In this document: positions 10,091-20,730 of the stretch, piece by piece | Numbering within the stretch: position 1 is the first letter of the stretch | How the letters are laid out: each line of letters begins with the position of its first letter | DNA from: an uncultured delta proteobacterium | GTDB lineage: Bacteria > Desulfobacterota > Binatia > Binatales > Binataceae | Direction of reading: 5' to 3' | Length of the DNA stretch: 64,000 nucleotides | Assembly: GCA_963808235.1 (NCBI GenBank) | Contig: CAWEEQ010000004.1 | Coordinates: forward strand, 672,001 to 736,000 | Program-made: the position numbers and the translations under genes | The notes under the pieces: generated by a model | Told to the model about the DNA's origin: nothing | What the model saw: only the letters and a program-made list of their open reading frames with translations | Database searches by the model: none

Positions 10091-10990
10091 ATGGCATACG
10101 AACAGATCATTTACGAGGTCGCGGAAAATATCGCGACGATCACGCTCAACCGGCCGGAGAAGCTGAACGCATTCACCGGGATCATGATGAACGAGATGAT
10201 CGACGCCTTCGACAAGGCCGACGCGGACGACAACGTGCGCGCGATAATCGTCACGGGCGCTGGACGCGCGTTCTGCGCGGGCGCGGACCTGTCGGCGGGG
10301 CCGAGAACGTTCGACTCGACGCGGGAGGATCGTCCGGAGCGGCGCTCGGCGATTCGAGCCGACGGGAGCGTGGACTGGAGCAACGAGGCGATTCGCGACG
10401 GCGGGGGACGTTTGACGCTGCGGATTTTCGAGTGTCTGAAGCCGGTGATCGCGGCGGTAAATGGCCCGGCGGTGGGGGTCGGCGTCACTATGCAATTGGC
10501 GATGGACGTGCGGCTCGCGTCGGAGAATGCGCGCTTCGGCTTTGTGTTCGCGCGGCGCGGGATCGTGCCGGAAGCGTGCTCGAGCTGGTTCTTGCCGAAG
10601 ATCGTGGGCGTCTCGCAGGCGCTGGAATGGACGCTCACGGGACGGGTTTTTCCTGCCGAAGAAGCTCTCGAAGGCGGCCTAGTCAGAAAAATCTACAAAC
10701 CCGGCGAGCTTATTCCGGCGGCGCGCGCGCTCGCCCGCGAAATCGCGGACAATACGTCGGCGGTCTCGGTGGCGCTCATCCGGCAGATGATATGGCGGAT
10801 GGCGGGCGCCGATCATCCGATGGAAGCGCACAAGGTGGACAGCCGTGGAATTTTTGCGCGGGGTGCGTCCGCCGATGTGCGAGAAGGGGTTGCGTCGTTT
10901 CTGGAGAAGCGGCCGGCGAAATTTCCGGACCGGATATCGGAGGACATGCCCGCGTACTTTCCGTGGTGGCAGGAGCGGAAATACAGCTAA
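10091..10990 (+). CDS. Enoyl-CoA hydratase/crotonase family protein
   Basis: ITLNRPEKLNAF, AFCAGADL, KPVIAAVNGPAVGVG, GIVPEACS. Confidence 0.95.
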   Translation: MAYEQIIYEVAENIATITLNRPEKLNAFTGIMMNEMIDAFDKADADDNVRAIIVTGAGRAFCAGADLSAGPRTFDSTREDRPERRSAIRADGSVDWSNEAIRDGGGRLTLRIFECLKPVIAAVNGPAVGVGVTMQLAMDVRLASENARFGFVFARRGIVPEACSSWFLPKIVGVSQALEWTLTGRVFPAEEALEGGLVRKIYKPGELIPAARALAREIADNTSAVSVALIRQMIWRMAGADHPMEAHKVDSRGIFARGASADVREGVASFLEKRPAKFPDRISEDMPAYFPWWQERKYS

Positions 10991-11409
10991 CGCTTCGCGG
11001 TTAACTGCGGGGGCGGTGGACCCTCTGGATGCTGAGGCGCGTTGTCGGTGATCTGGTGCCAGGGAGCCTTCGAGGCTACGTAGATGTGAGAGCTGGTCCG
11101 CACTTTCGGGTCGTCGTCGAGAGCGCCTGCTGGAATCAGCACGACGTCACGCGTGGGCACCGCACGCGGCATCGGACTGCCACAGGTCCGGCAGAACGAG
11201 TTGCCAAATCTCAGCGTGTTCGGCAGCCGATAGTTGACGACGAGATCTTCGCCGCGAAGCCATCGGAATGCTCGCGCCGGCACGAACAGATTGGCGGCGT
11301 ATGCTGCGCCGCGCGCCTTGCGGCATCGCGAGCAATGACAGTTGCGCAGCTCGATTGGATCGCTGGCCTCAAAGGCCACCGCACCGCACAGGCAGCTTCC
11401 CGTAGTCAT
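10987..11409 (-). CDS. GFA (CENP-V/glutathione-dependent formaldehyde-activating) family protein
   Basis: GSCLCGAV, CHCSRCRK, FCRTCGS, HIYVASKAPW. Confidence 0.92.
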   Translation of the reverse strand: MTTGSCLCGAVAFEASDPIELRNCHCSRCRKARGAAYAANLFVPARAFRWLRGEDLVVNYRLPNTLRFGNSFCRTCGSPMPRAVPTRDVVLIPAGALDDDPKVRTSSHIYVASKAPWHQITDNAPQHPEGPPPPQLTAKR

Positions 11410-11437
11410 CGCGAACACCTCCAGTTAGAGCGCGGGG

Positions 11438-13423
11438 TCACGGATTGCGACGGATTACGACGCGGACTTCGCCGCGGCGCTCGGCCTTGATCGTCAATCG
11501 TTGGTTGTCGAGATCGAGTACGCCGTCGGCGCCGGACACTTCGAATACGCATCCACGCGGATACTGTAGAAGCGGGACGAAAATCTCGGTCGACGCTGCG
11601 ATCGACGGATCGGAGTCGTAGACGAACTCGAAAGTGCCGGCGACGCGATCGAACTTCATCGTGCGCGGAGTGCCTTGGGTCGCCTTCGCATACGGGCGCA
11701 CGAAGCCCGCCAGGGCGCGTCCGCCGCTGTTGATATCGGCGGGATTCGTCTGGTGGTCGCGTGAGAAGATGCTCAAGTCTTCCTGGTTCCATCCGTCGCC
11801 GATCGCGAGGTCGTTGCGATTGGACGCTGTGTAGTTCCATTGCGTACTGTTGATGAGCAGCCGGTCAAGCGCGTTGTACATCAGATCGAGCGCGATGATG
11901 TGCGGCGTCCATGGCGCATCGGAGCGATCGCCGGCATCGAAGGCGCGGTACGCTTCGGCGCCGTTCAAATCGAAGGGAATCCCGCATTCGCCGATAAGAG
12001 TCGGGGCGCCGCCCGGGATCGATTCTGACATCCTGGCGATCTTGCCGAGTTGACGCTCGTATTGCGCCTGGACTTGGCCGGCGGCAGACGCGATCTCGCC
12101 GGTCATCACGTCCAGGTTGAAATTCGGATTGAAAGTCTTGGTCGCGAGCGTGACAACGTCGTACCAGTGACCGGCGTTGACGGTGTTTGCGGGCGTATCG
12201 GCTGGGAACGCGGGGCCTGAGAATCCGGACATCGGATCGAGTTCGGCGAAGAGAATCCAGTCGGGATTGATCTCGCGGATATTTTCGGCGACCCGGGCAA
12301 AAAACGGTCCCATGTAATCCTCGATGAAATCGACCTTGCGATCGCCGACACGCTTGAAGAAATCGTCGCGGAGTACCTGGTAGCTGCCGTCGGCGTTTCG
12401 GCGCCATGCGCCGGCGGCCTCAAATGGATCGGCGCTTTCGTCGGTCCAGATTGAGACGCGATCGGGATTTATCGTTTTCTCGCCCTTGACGATCGCAGAC
12501 TTGGTCGCGAGATCGAATTCGAGCATCGGAACCGACCGCGAGACGCCGTGCGAGACCAGTAACCCGTCGAGCGGCGACCACGCGAGGCCAGGGAACGCGC
12601 GATTTGGATTTACGTCGCTCGGGCCGAGGTGACGGTAGGTGAGCGATTGTCCGATCCAACCTTGAGTGGGTTCGTTGAGCGAATCGAAGCCCATCACGTT
12701 GGGCAGGTCGCGGATTCGTCGCGCGATCTCGCGCTGCGCGCCGAGATAGTGCTCGAGCATGTAATCCTGCACGTTGAGGCCGTCGACAGTGAGGCCGGGC
12801 GTGAAGTCATTGCCGGCGAAGAACAGCGTCCACATGATGCCGTTGGCCGGGCGCCGCGCGTTCTGCGACCAGCTCATCGTGGGATAGCGATCTTCCTGGC
12901 GTCCGCCGCGACCATAGTCATATAGATGTTGCATCACGTGAGCAGAGCCGGAGTTGGCGAGGCGGCGATAGTCAATTCCGATTTTTTCGAACAGCCAGCC
13001 GGGGGCTCCGTCGCCACCGGTCATTCTGCTCCACACGTCCTGGTGAAAATCGACGAACAGGTAGAATCCGTAGTCACCGGCTATCCGGCACAACTCGGCA
13101 AAGTAATCGAGGTATTCGGTGTCGTAATCATTGGGCCCGCGATGCTCGACGGCTTCCCACGTGGTCAGCATCCGCAGGCAGTTGAATCCCCACGCGCGAA
13201 GGCGCGAGAAGTGTTCGTCGGCTTCGTCGATCGGAAAGGGGCGGCCGACGAAAGATACTTCGCGATGGTCGGAGAAATCGGAAGGAAAATTGGTGCCGCC
13301 GTCGGGGTAGGGAACCTTGCAGTCGCCCCCTAAGTTGACGCCGCGCAGAATCACGCGCCGCCCCGATTCGTCGACGAACCATCGCCCCTCCAAATGGAGG
13401 CGCCGCAAACTCATCGTGGTCAT
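11438..13423 (-). CDS. Glycoside hydrolase family 5, endoglycoceramidase/steryl-glucosidase-like
   Basis: LRGVNLGG, TWEAVEH, DFHQDVWSR, catalytic NEP and IGECG, WNY, C-terminal RPY plus beta-sandwich. Confidence 0.88.
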   Translation of the reverse strand: MTTMSLRRLHLEGRWFVDESGRRVILRGVNLGGDCKVPYPDGGTNFPSDFSDHREVSFVGRPFPIDEADEHFSRLRAWGFNCLRMLTTWEAVEHRGPNDYDTEYLDYFAELCRIAGDYGFYLFVDFHQDVWSRMTGGDGAPGWLFEKIGIDYRRLANSGSAHVMQHLYDYGRGGRQEDRYPTMSWSQNARRPANGIMWTLFFAGNDFTPGLTVDGLNVQDYMLEHYLGAQREIARRIRDLPNVMGFDSLNEPTQGWIGQSLTYRHLGPSDVNPNRAFPGLAWSPLDGLLVSHGVSRSVPMLEFDLATKSAIVKGEKTINPDRVSIWTDESADPFEAAGAWRRNADGSYQVLRDDFFKRVGDRKVDFIEDYMGPFFARVAENIREINPDWILFAELDPMSGFSGPAFPADTPANTVNAGHWYDVVTLATKTFNPNFNLDVMTGEIASAAGQVQAQYERQLGKIARMSESIPGGAPTLIGECGIPFDLNGAEAYRAFDAGDRSDAPWTPHIIALDLMYNALDRLLINSTQWNYTASNRNDLAIGDGWNQEDLSIFSRDHQTNPADINSGGRALAGFVRPYAKATQGTPRTMKFDRVAGTFEFVYDSDPSIAASTEIFVPLLQYPRGCVFEVSGADGVLDLDNQRLTIKAERRGEVRVVIRRNP

Positions 13424-13535
13424 TGGCTCAATCCGTTGTCGATTCTTGAGGATCGGGCCGAGGTTGACGCAATGTAGGATCGCACGTCAAGGTACGCGAC
13501 GAAGGCACGGGTGAGGGGAAAAACGGGTAGCCATC

Positions 13536-16500
13536 GTGGGTGACCTCTTCAAGCGATTGCTCGCGCGCCTCAAGCGATCGCGCGAGTACGTTGAACCGTG
13601 GGCTGCGCGCACCGGCGCGCTGGCTAAATCGCGCCGGACGCGCAAAGTCGGGCTGATCGTCGTCATAGTGATTTTATTCCTCGGGGTGGCGACGTATTTC
13701 GCAGTGCCGCCGGTGCTCCGACATATCGTGACCGGGCCGGTCGCCGCGAGCATCCATCGCCAGGTCAGCGTCGGCAAAATCGGGTTCAATCTTTACCGGC
13801 TCAGTCTCGACGTCGATAAACTTCACGTCAGCGAGCGCGACAGCCCGGCTGCATTCGTCGATGTTGGCCACTTGAGAGTCAAGGTTTCGTGGGCGTCGCT
13901 GTTCCGATTCGCGCCGGTCGTCGGCGAAGTGGCGATCGACAAGCCTACCATTCACGTAGTTCGCTCGGACGAACAAAAATTCAACTTCTCCGACCTACTG
14001 GAGAGTGCGCCACCCGACAAGTCGAAACCGCCTCCGGCTCCGAGTGCGCCGATGCGCTTTGCGGTTTCCAATATTCAGATCCGCGACGGCGATGTGCGAT
14101 TCGACGACAAGTTGCTCGGAGAGCATCACGCGATCGAGCACATCCACATCAACGTTCCGTTTGTTGCGAACCTGCCCCAGGACGTTGACGTGTTCGTCGA
14201 GCCGCTAATCGAAATGGTTGTGGACGGGAGCCCGTTGCGTATTGCGGGTGTGGCAAAGCCATTTGGCGCCGCGCGCGATTCAGTGCTTGATCTGAAATTG
14301 CATCGACTCGATCTGCGGCAGTATCTCGCCTATGTGCCGCGGAAAATTCCGATCAAGATTCCGAGCGGAGCGCTTTCGGGCGATGTCTACGTGCATTTCG
14401 TACTCGAGGAGTCGAAGCCCGTTATCCGGCTGAACGGGACCGTTGCGCTCGATCAGCTCGACGTGCGCGACGCGGCCGACGCGCCGCTGGTCGCACTCAC
14501 CCATGCCGAGGTTAAACTCACGGACGTCGAGCCGCTCGGCGCGGTCATTTATTTGCGCTCGATTCGAGTCGACGGACTGAACACTCATCTCGTGCTGAAC
14601 GCTGACGGCAGCAATAATCTCACGTCGATCATGGCGCCGAACCCCGCGCCTGCGCCGGCGACCGCTCAAGCGCCGACTACAATCACTCAATCCGCATTGC
14701 CAGCGCCGGCAGCTGCGCCATCGCCGGCGCCCGCGCCTGGCGCGGAGAGTCCGCCGACCGACTTTGCGTTGGACTCGTTCGAGCTGACCAACAGCGTCGT
14801 GGAGTTCAAGGACAACAGCGCCGCGACGCCGGGGGACGCTGGCGATTGACGCAATTCATGTCGGGCTCCAGAACCTGAGGACGCTTGGGAAGGTGCCTGC
14901 TACTTACGATATGAACGCGAAAATTCGCCGCGGCGGATCGATCGAAGTCAAAGGCGGACTGAATCTCGGGCAGCAGCAGGCGACCAGCGAGGTCGCGATC
15001 GATCAGATCGATTTGCCGGCGCTGCAAACATTTGCGCAATCGGCGTTCGCGGGCAATCTCGCGTCGGGGAAGCTGAGTGCAAAAGCCAGCCTGCTGACCA
15101 ATTTCTCCAGCGGGAAGTTCAACCTGCACGCGGAACCCGCGAGCGTGTCGATCGACAATTTTGAAGTGCGCGCGCCGCGCGAGCGCGAGATTCCGGCGAA
15201 GTGGACGAATTTCAGCGTCGCGATCGGGCAGTTCGACCTGGCGTCGCATAGCGCAAAGGTCAACGAGGTGCGCGCGAACGGGATGCATCTGTACGTTCGG
15301 CGCGATCGCGACGGCAAATTGAGTTTGGCATCGCTGATGCGAAGCGCAGCGCCGCCGCCGCGCGAGAAGCGCGGGACCGAACAGCGCCGGACCGAGCGGG
15401 TGGCGCGCCGGTCGCGAGCGAGGCGCGCTGCACCCGCACCGCCGCCACCGCCGCCGGGCGAAAGCTGGAAATACGAGGTCGCATCGATCGCGATAGAAGG
15501 GACCGACGCGACCTTCGAGGACCATATGGCGCCGCAGCCGATCAAACTGGCGCTCGCGCCGCTGAACCTGCGGCTCAAGGATGTTTCGAGCGACCTTGCG
15601 AAGCCGATCTCGGTCGATATTGACGGCACTCTGAACCGCAAGGGGACTTTCAAAGTCACTGGAACCGCCGCGCCGGTACCGCTCAAGGCCGAGCTGCGCG
15701 TCGCGACCAAGCGCCTGGATCTTTCGTTTGCCGATCCTTACGTCAGCAGCCGGCTGAACGCGAAGATCACGAGCGCGAATCTGACGATGGACGGCGCCGT
15801 CGGTCTCGAGCAGGCGCGCAAGGATTTTATTGTCAGCTATCGCGGCGACGCGACGCTGGGCAGCGTGCGGATGCTCGATAAGCTGACCAACGATCTCTTT
15901 TTCAGAATGAACGCGCTCAACGTGAACAAAATCGATTTCGCGCTCGGGAAGGGTCCGCCGAAAGTACATATCGGCGAAGTCGCGCTGAGCGACTTTTATT
16001 CGCGGATCATTCTCAACGCCGACGGCAAATTGAACTTGAAGGACATCACGGCGAGCCCGCAGGAAGCGCCGACTTCGCTGACGCGAGCCGCGGGAACGCC
16101 GGGCTCGAAGGGAGTGGTGCCGGTGGCGCCGACTCCGACGCCCACAGCAGCGCCGAGCCCGGTGGCCGGCGCGGCTCCTGGAGCGTCTCCGGGAGCATCG
16201 CCGAGTCCACAGCCTTACGCGGGGCAGCCGATGGACGCCGATATCGAGGTGAGCAAGACCGTACTCAAGGGGGGCAAGGTCGATTACACGGACAATTTCA
16301 TCAAGCCCAACTACACGGCGAATTTGAGCGAGATGGAGGGGCAGGTCGGCGCGTTCGGAACAAAATCGACATCGCCCGCGGACGTTTCACTCGACGGAAA
16401 AATTAATGGCAGCTCGCCGATCAATATCAACGGCTCGATCAACCCGCTCGCGCCGACTGCGTTCGTGGATATCAAGGCGAAGGCCGACGCGATCGAAATG

Positions 16501-17433
16501 ACCGGGCTTTCGCCGTACACGACCAAATACACCGGCTATCCGATCGTCAAAGGCACGCTGACGGTTGATGTTCACTACCTGCTGGATACAGGAAAGCTGA
16601 CCGCCGAGAATCACATTTTCATCGATCAACTGACCTTCGGCGATCACGTGGACAGCCCGGGCGCGGCGAATCTGCCGGTTCGCCTTGCGGTTTCATTGCT
16701 CAAGAATTCGAAAGGCGAAATCGATCTGCAAATCCCCGTGTCGGGTTCGCTCTCTGATCCGCAATTCAGCATCGGCGACGTCGTTTGGAGCGCGGTCAAG
16801 AACCTGGTCGTCAAGGCCCTGACGTCACCATTCTCGCTGCTGGCGGCGGCGTTCGGTGGCAGCGGCGGCGCGCAGCAGGACCTCGGCTATATTGAGTTCG
16901 CGCCGGGGTACGCGACCCTGACGGCGGATAGTCAGCAGAAGCTGGACACTGTCGCGAAGGCACTGGCGGAGCGAACCGGATTGAAGCTCAACATTTCTGG
17001 ACGGGTCGATCCAAAGTTCGACAAAGACGGTTACCGCGAGGCGTCACTCGAGCACAGCATCCAAGTGCTGAGACACAATGCCGAGGGCGACAGTGCGGGC
17101 GGGAACGCCAAACCTGCCGCGCTGTCGGCGGCGGACTACAACAAATATCTGCAGAAGGTCTATAGCGCGGGAAAATTTGAGAAGCCACGCAACGCTATTG
17201 GAATCGCGAAGTCGATCCCGCCCGACGACATGAAGAAACTCATCCTCAGCAACACTCCGGTGAGCGATCAGGATCTGCACAACCTGGCCGACGGGCGCGC
17301 AAATGCGGTGCGCGCGTACCTGAATACGAAGCAGGTGGAGGCTGCGCGGATGTTCATCGTCGCGCCGAAGCTGGACGCGAGCGGAATCAAGGATCAGGGC
17401 AAGACTACGCGCGTGGACCTGTCGCTGGAGTGA
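13536..17433 (+). CDS. DUF748-domain envelope protein with C-terminal OmpA-like region (frameshift at G-run 14831-14835)
   Basis: N-terminal TM, repeated DUF748-like segments, LSPYTTKYTGYPIVKG, GSLSDPQFSIG, IEFAPG...RANAVR. Removing one G at CCGGGGGACG joins ORFs 13536-14849 and 14893-17433. Confidence 0.85.
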
Positions 17434-17441
17434 CGCGCTCT

Positions 17442-17531
17442 CGGAGCCGCTCGGCTCCGCTTGCCCTAAGTGAAGTCAAAGTGTTTTGCGCCGAGACAGA
17501 CTCGGGATTCTTCGCTGCGCTCAGAATGACA
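17442..17531. repeat. REP-like interspersed palindromic element between convergent genes
   Basis: Right arm GATTCTTCGCTGCGCTCAGAATGACA (17506-17531), degenerate left arm CCCTAAGTGAAGTCAAAG, central CCGAG/CTCGG hairpin (17491-17505), and a preceding CGGAGCC/GGCTCCG hairpin (17442-17459). Confidence 0.6.
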
Positions 17532-17611
17532 CAAAAAAAGAGTGCGCAAGCCATGCTGTTCGATGTGCAATGGCTTCCGCACGGTCGAGAAACTACTCGG
17601 GCGCGGCCCGG

Positions 17612-19156
17612 CTAAAGAGAACCGAGAATTCGATCGGGGACTGCGTCCCACGCGCGGCGCTCGTCGTCGTAGGGCGCGGCTTCGAGTTTGGTCGTCTCGC
17701 CGAAAACCATCGTGGCTCGACCCGTGTCGGTGTATTGCGCCCAATCGCCGACGCTGGCGCAGCTCGGATTGACTGAACGCGCAAACGCGAGCCATGCGTC
17801 TTGCATCTGCGCCGCCAGCTTTTCCGCGGCCGCGCCGGTGCCCGAAAATGCGGACATCCCGGGCAAGTGGTTGGTGCCAAAGACGAAGCCAAGCTCGAGC
17901 GCGTGGCAGGATCCGAGCAGACCGCCCATCGCGGGCGAGCGCCAGGTGAGGAGATAGCTGTAGACACGCGGCTCAAGTTTTCCCTGCACCGATGCGAGGC
18001 GCACGCCCGGGATTCGGAAGACGCGATCGGTCTCGATTGCGGTGAACAAATCGGCCGGCGCGGTTGGATCGCCGCGACCGGCGCGTGCTTTCTCGTAGGT
18101 ATCGATCAGCGCGTCGGCGGATTCGGCGGTCAAGCGTCTGCTGATGCGCGCGCCGAGCCCGGCGCGATCGAGTCTGCCGAGCGAAGGATCCATCATCGCG
18201 AACAACTTCCATTCTTCGAGCGTGGAGCCGACCATCACCGCAACATTGCGCGCGGAACCGTTCGCGACCATCTCGATCGCAGCCTTCGGAAGATGGGTTC
18301 CGTCGATCACGGGCTGATATGCCATCCCGAGTTCAGGATCCGGCGTTTTACCGTCGGCGAGCAGAGTGCCGGTCAGCAATTGCGCCGGGGTCAACGCGCG
18401 GATCGCGTCCGCACTAGCGGGCTGCGTGCCGAGCTTCGACAGCACTCGCTCGGCGACGCGGTTCGCACGCGCCACGGGTGCGCCGGTATGGCAGGCTCCG
18501 CTTTGCGGTATCGCTTTATGGAAGAGGCCGCGCGCGGAGGGCATCGCGAGCAAACTTCCGACGCTCATGCCGCCGGCCGATTCGCCGAAGATTGTGACGT
18601 TGTCGGGGTCGCCGCCGAATTCCGCGATATTGTCGCGCACCCACTCGAGCGCGGCGACCTGATCGAGCATCCCTTCGGTTCCGGTGGAAGGGATTTTTCC
18701 GCTGGTTACATCTTGAAGACGCAGGAAACCTAAAGGGCCGAGGCGATAATTGACGCTGACAAGCACGACGTCGCCGCGCTTACTGAGAACGGACCCGTCG
18801 TAGATCGGCTGCGAGGACGCGCCGATTGTGAATCCGCCGCCGTGGATCCAGACCATCACTGGCCGCCGTTTGGCGTCGAGACCGGGAGTCCAGAGGTTCA
18901 AGTAAAGGCAATCTTCAGACTGCGGATCGTTGATCACCATCGCGGCGAGGGCGCCGTTGATCAATTGATTCTGATGAGACACCGCGCCGAAGGTACGCGC
19001 ATCGCGGACTCCGGTCCACGGAGCGGGCTTCTCGGGCGCGGCCCATCGGCGAATACCTGTCGGAGGCGCTGCGAACGGGATTCCTTTGAAGACGAAGAGT
19101 CCGCCCTGGTCGTCACCTTCAAGTTTGCCGCAGCGGGTCGATACGGTCGCGGTCAT
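17612..19156 (-). CDS. Type-B carboxylesterase (para-nitrobenzyl esterase-like)
   Basis: FKGIPFAAPP, SEDCLYLN, WIHGGG, FGESAGG, CHALEL. Confidence 0.95.
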   Translation of the reverse strand: MTATVSTRCGKLEGDDQGGLFVFKGIPFAAPPTGIRRWAAPEKPAPWTGVRDARTFGAVSHQNQLINGALAAMVINDPQSEDCLYLNLWTPGLDAKRRPVMVWIHGGGFTIGASSQPIYDGSVLSKRGDVVLVSVNYRLGPLGFLRLQDVTSGKIPSTGTEGMLDQVAALEWVRDNIAEFGGDPDNVTIFGESAGGMSVGSLLAMPSARGLFHKAIPQSGACHTGAPVARANRVAERVLSKLGTQPASADAIRALTPAQLLTGTLLADGKTPDPELGMAYQPVIDGTHLPKAAIEMVANGSARNVAVMVGSTLEEWKLFAMMDPSLGRLDRAGLGARISRRLTAESADALIDTYEKARAGRGDPTAPADLFTAIETDRVFRIPGVRLASVQGKLEPRVYSYLLTWRSPAMGGLLGSCHALELGFVFGTNHLPGMSAFSGTGAAAEKLAAQMQDAWLAFARSVNPSCASVGDWAQYTDTGRATMVFGETTKLEAAPYDDERRAWDAVPDRILGSL

Positions 19157-19289
19157 ATGCATAGAACCTCGGCGTTTTGGTTGCGAGGATTCTTGCAGGA
19201 TTCACATGGAATTCACAAACGCCGCGGACGCGCGGGTCGTTTGGATCGAGTGACGGGCGGACTCTATAGTGCACTTGGGGGAAACATTG

Positions 19290-20684
19290 ATGACAACTAA
19301 GACTAGACGTCGATTCGGGTGGTCGATCAGCGTTACGGCGGTGCTGTTGGCGATTGGCGCGATGATCTTCGCGCGTGGGTTCGTAGTCGAGATTCGCGCC
19401 TCCGCAGATACTCCAGCGCTTTTGCCGGATTCGACCGAAATCGACAGTGGAAAGGGCCGTGCGCTTCCAGTTGCGGGCGACGTGCTGATGGTCGGTGGCA
19501 TGGGCGTTGGCAAGGCGAAAATGAAAACCCTCTCGAAAGCCGAGTTTTACGATCCGACCCAGGGCAAATTTTTCCAGACTGGCAGTATGCCAGTTACCGC
19601 GGCCGTGCAGGGCGCGAGCCTCGCGTCATCGTCGCCGGGAGCGAAGGTGGTGGCGCTCGGAGGAATCAGCGGGACGGGCCACGCCAACGTGAATCTGCTT
19701 TCGTTCACGGGGACGGTGGTCGCAAGCACCGAGAGTTACGATCCGTCGGCTGGGACCTGGTCGGCGGGAGCAAACATGATGTCGTCGCCGCGCGCAGGCG
19801 CGACTGCGACGCTGCTACCTTCGGGACTGATACTGATCGCGGGCGGCTTCGACGCCAGCGAGAATGCGCTCAACACCGCCGAGCTGTTTAACCCCGCGGA
19901 TGGAACCCTGGTCCGCACCGACAACAACATGACTGATGCGCGCGCGTTTCATACCGCGAATCTGCTGCTCAGCGGTAAGGTTCTGCTCGTGAGCGGATTG
20001 ACCGATAACAACGGTTCGACGTCCACGACCGCCGACATCTTCGATCCGGCGGCCGGAACGCATGGCCGCTTTACGACCAGCGTCGGCACGCCCCTGGCCT
20101 CGGCCGCCGGGGCGAGCGTGCTGTTTCCGAGCGGAGCGCTGATGGGCAAAGTACTGATCACCGGTGGCGACCTATGCGGCAGTGGCTTCGTTTGCAGTTC
20201 ATTCACGGGCCAGCTTTACAATCCGGGGACGGATCAATTCGCCTTCGCGGCATCGATGAACGAATCCCGCATCAACCACACCGCGACCCTGCTCCAGAAT
20301 GGAAAGGTGCTGATCACCGGCGGAATCAATCTATTCGCCACGATGGGCGCCGGAAAAGTGAACGGAGCGGGAGCCGCGACCACCTTCAGCAAGTCAGCGG
20401 AATTGTTCGATCCGGCCACCGTGAGCTTCACCTGTGTCGGCGGCGCGGGCAGCAGTGGATGCATGCCGACAATGACCAAGACGCGCGCGGGCCACACGGC
20501 GACACTGATGGACGATGGCACGGTACTGATCGCCGGGGGGTTCGCATCCTATGGGCCTCCGGTTTTCCAGATGGGGAATGCAACCAAGACCGCGGAGATT
20601 TTCAATCCAACCAGCGGCACCTTTGCGAAGACCAAGTCGATGCATACAGCGCGCGGAGGGCATACCGCGACGATGCTTCAGTAG
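19290..20684 (+). CDS. Exported Kelch-repeat beta-propeller protein
   Basis: Signal/TM N-terminus. Repeats of RxxHTATLLxxGKVLIxGG...AELFDP. Confidence 0.9.
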   Translation: MTTKTRRRFGWSISVTAVLLAIGAMIFARGFVVEIRASADTPALLPDSTEIDSGKGRALPVAGDVLMVGGMGVGKAKMKTLSKAEFYDPTQGKFFQTGSMPVTAAVQGASLASSSPGAKVVALGGISGTGHANVNLLSFTGTVVASTESYDPSAGTWSAGANMMSSPRAGATATLLPSGLILIAGGFDASENALNTAELFNPADGTLVRTDNNMTDARAFHTANLLLSGKVLLVSGLTDNNGSTSTTADIFDPAAGTHGRFTTSVGTPLASAAGASVLFPSGALMGKVLITGGDLCGSGFVCSSFTGQLYNPGTDQFAFAASMNESRINHTATLLQNGKVLITGGINLFATMGAGKVNGAGAATTFSKSAELFDPATVSFTCVGGAGSSGCMPTMTKTRAGHTATLMDDGTVLIAGGFASYGPPVFQMGNATKTAEIFNPTSGTFAKTKSMHTARGGHTATMLQ

Positions 20685-20730
20685 CTCGTCGCGCAAGGTA
20701 CTGACTTACAACCACACAGGCGGCGTGGCC

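Noticed and set aside
19169-19185. Second sigma54-like motif TCGGCGTTTTGGTTGCG upstream of the Kelch gene
   Set aside because: Weak -24 match, and it overlaps the RBS region of the divergent esterase gene. Could be chance.
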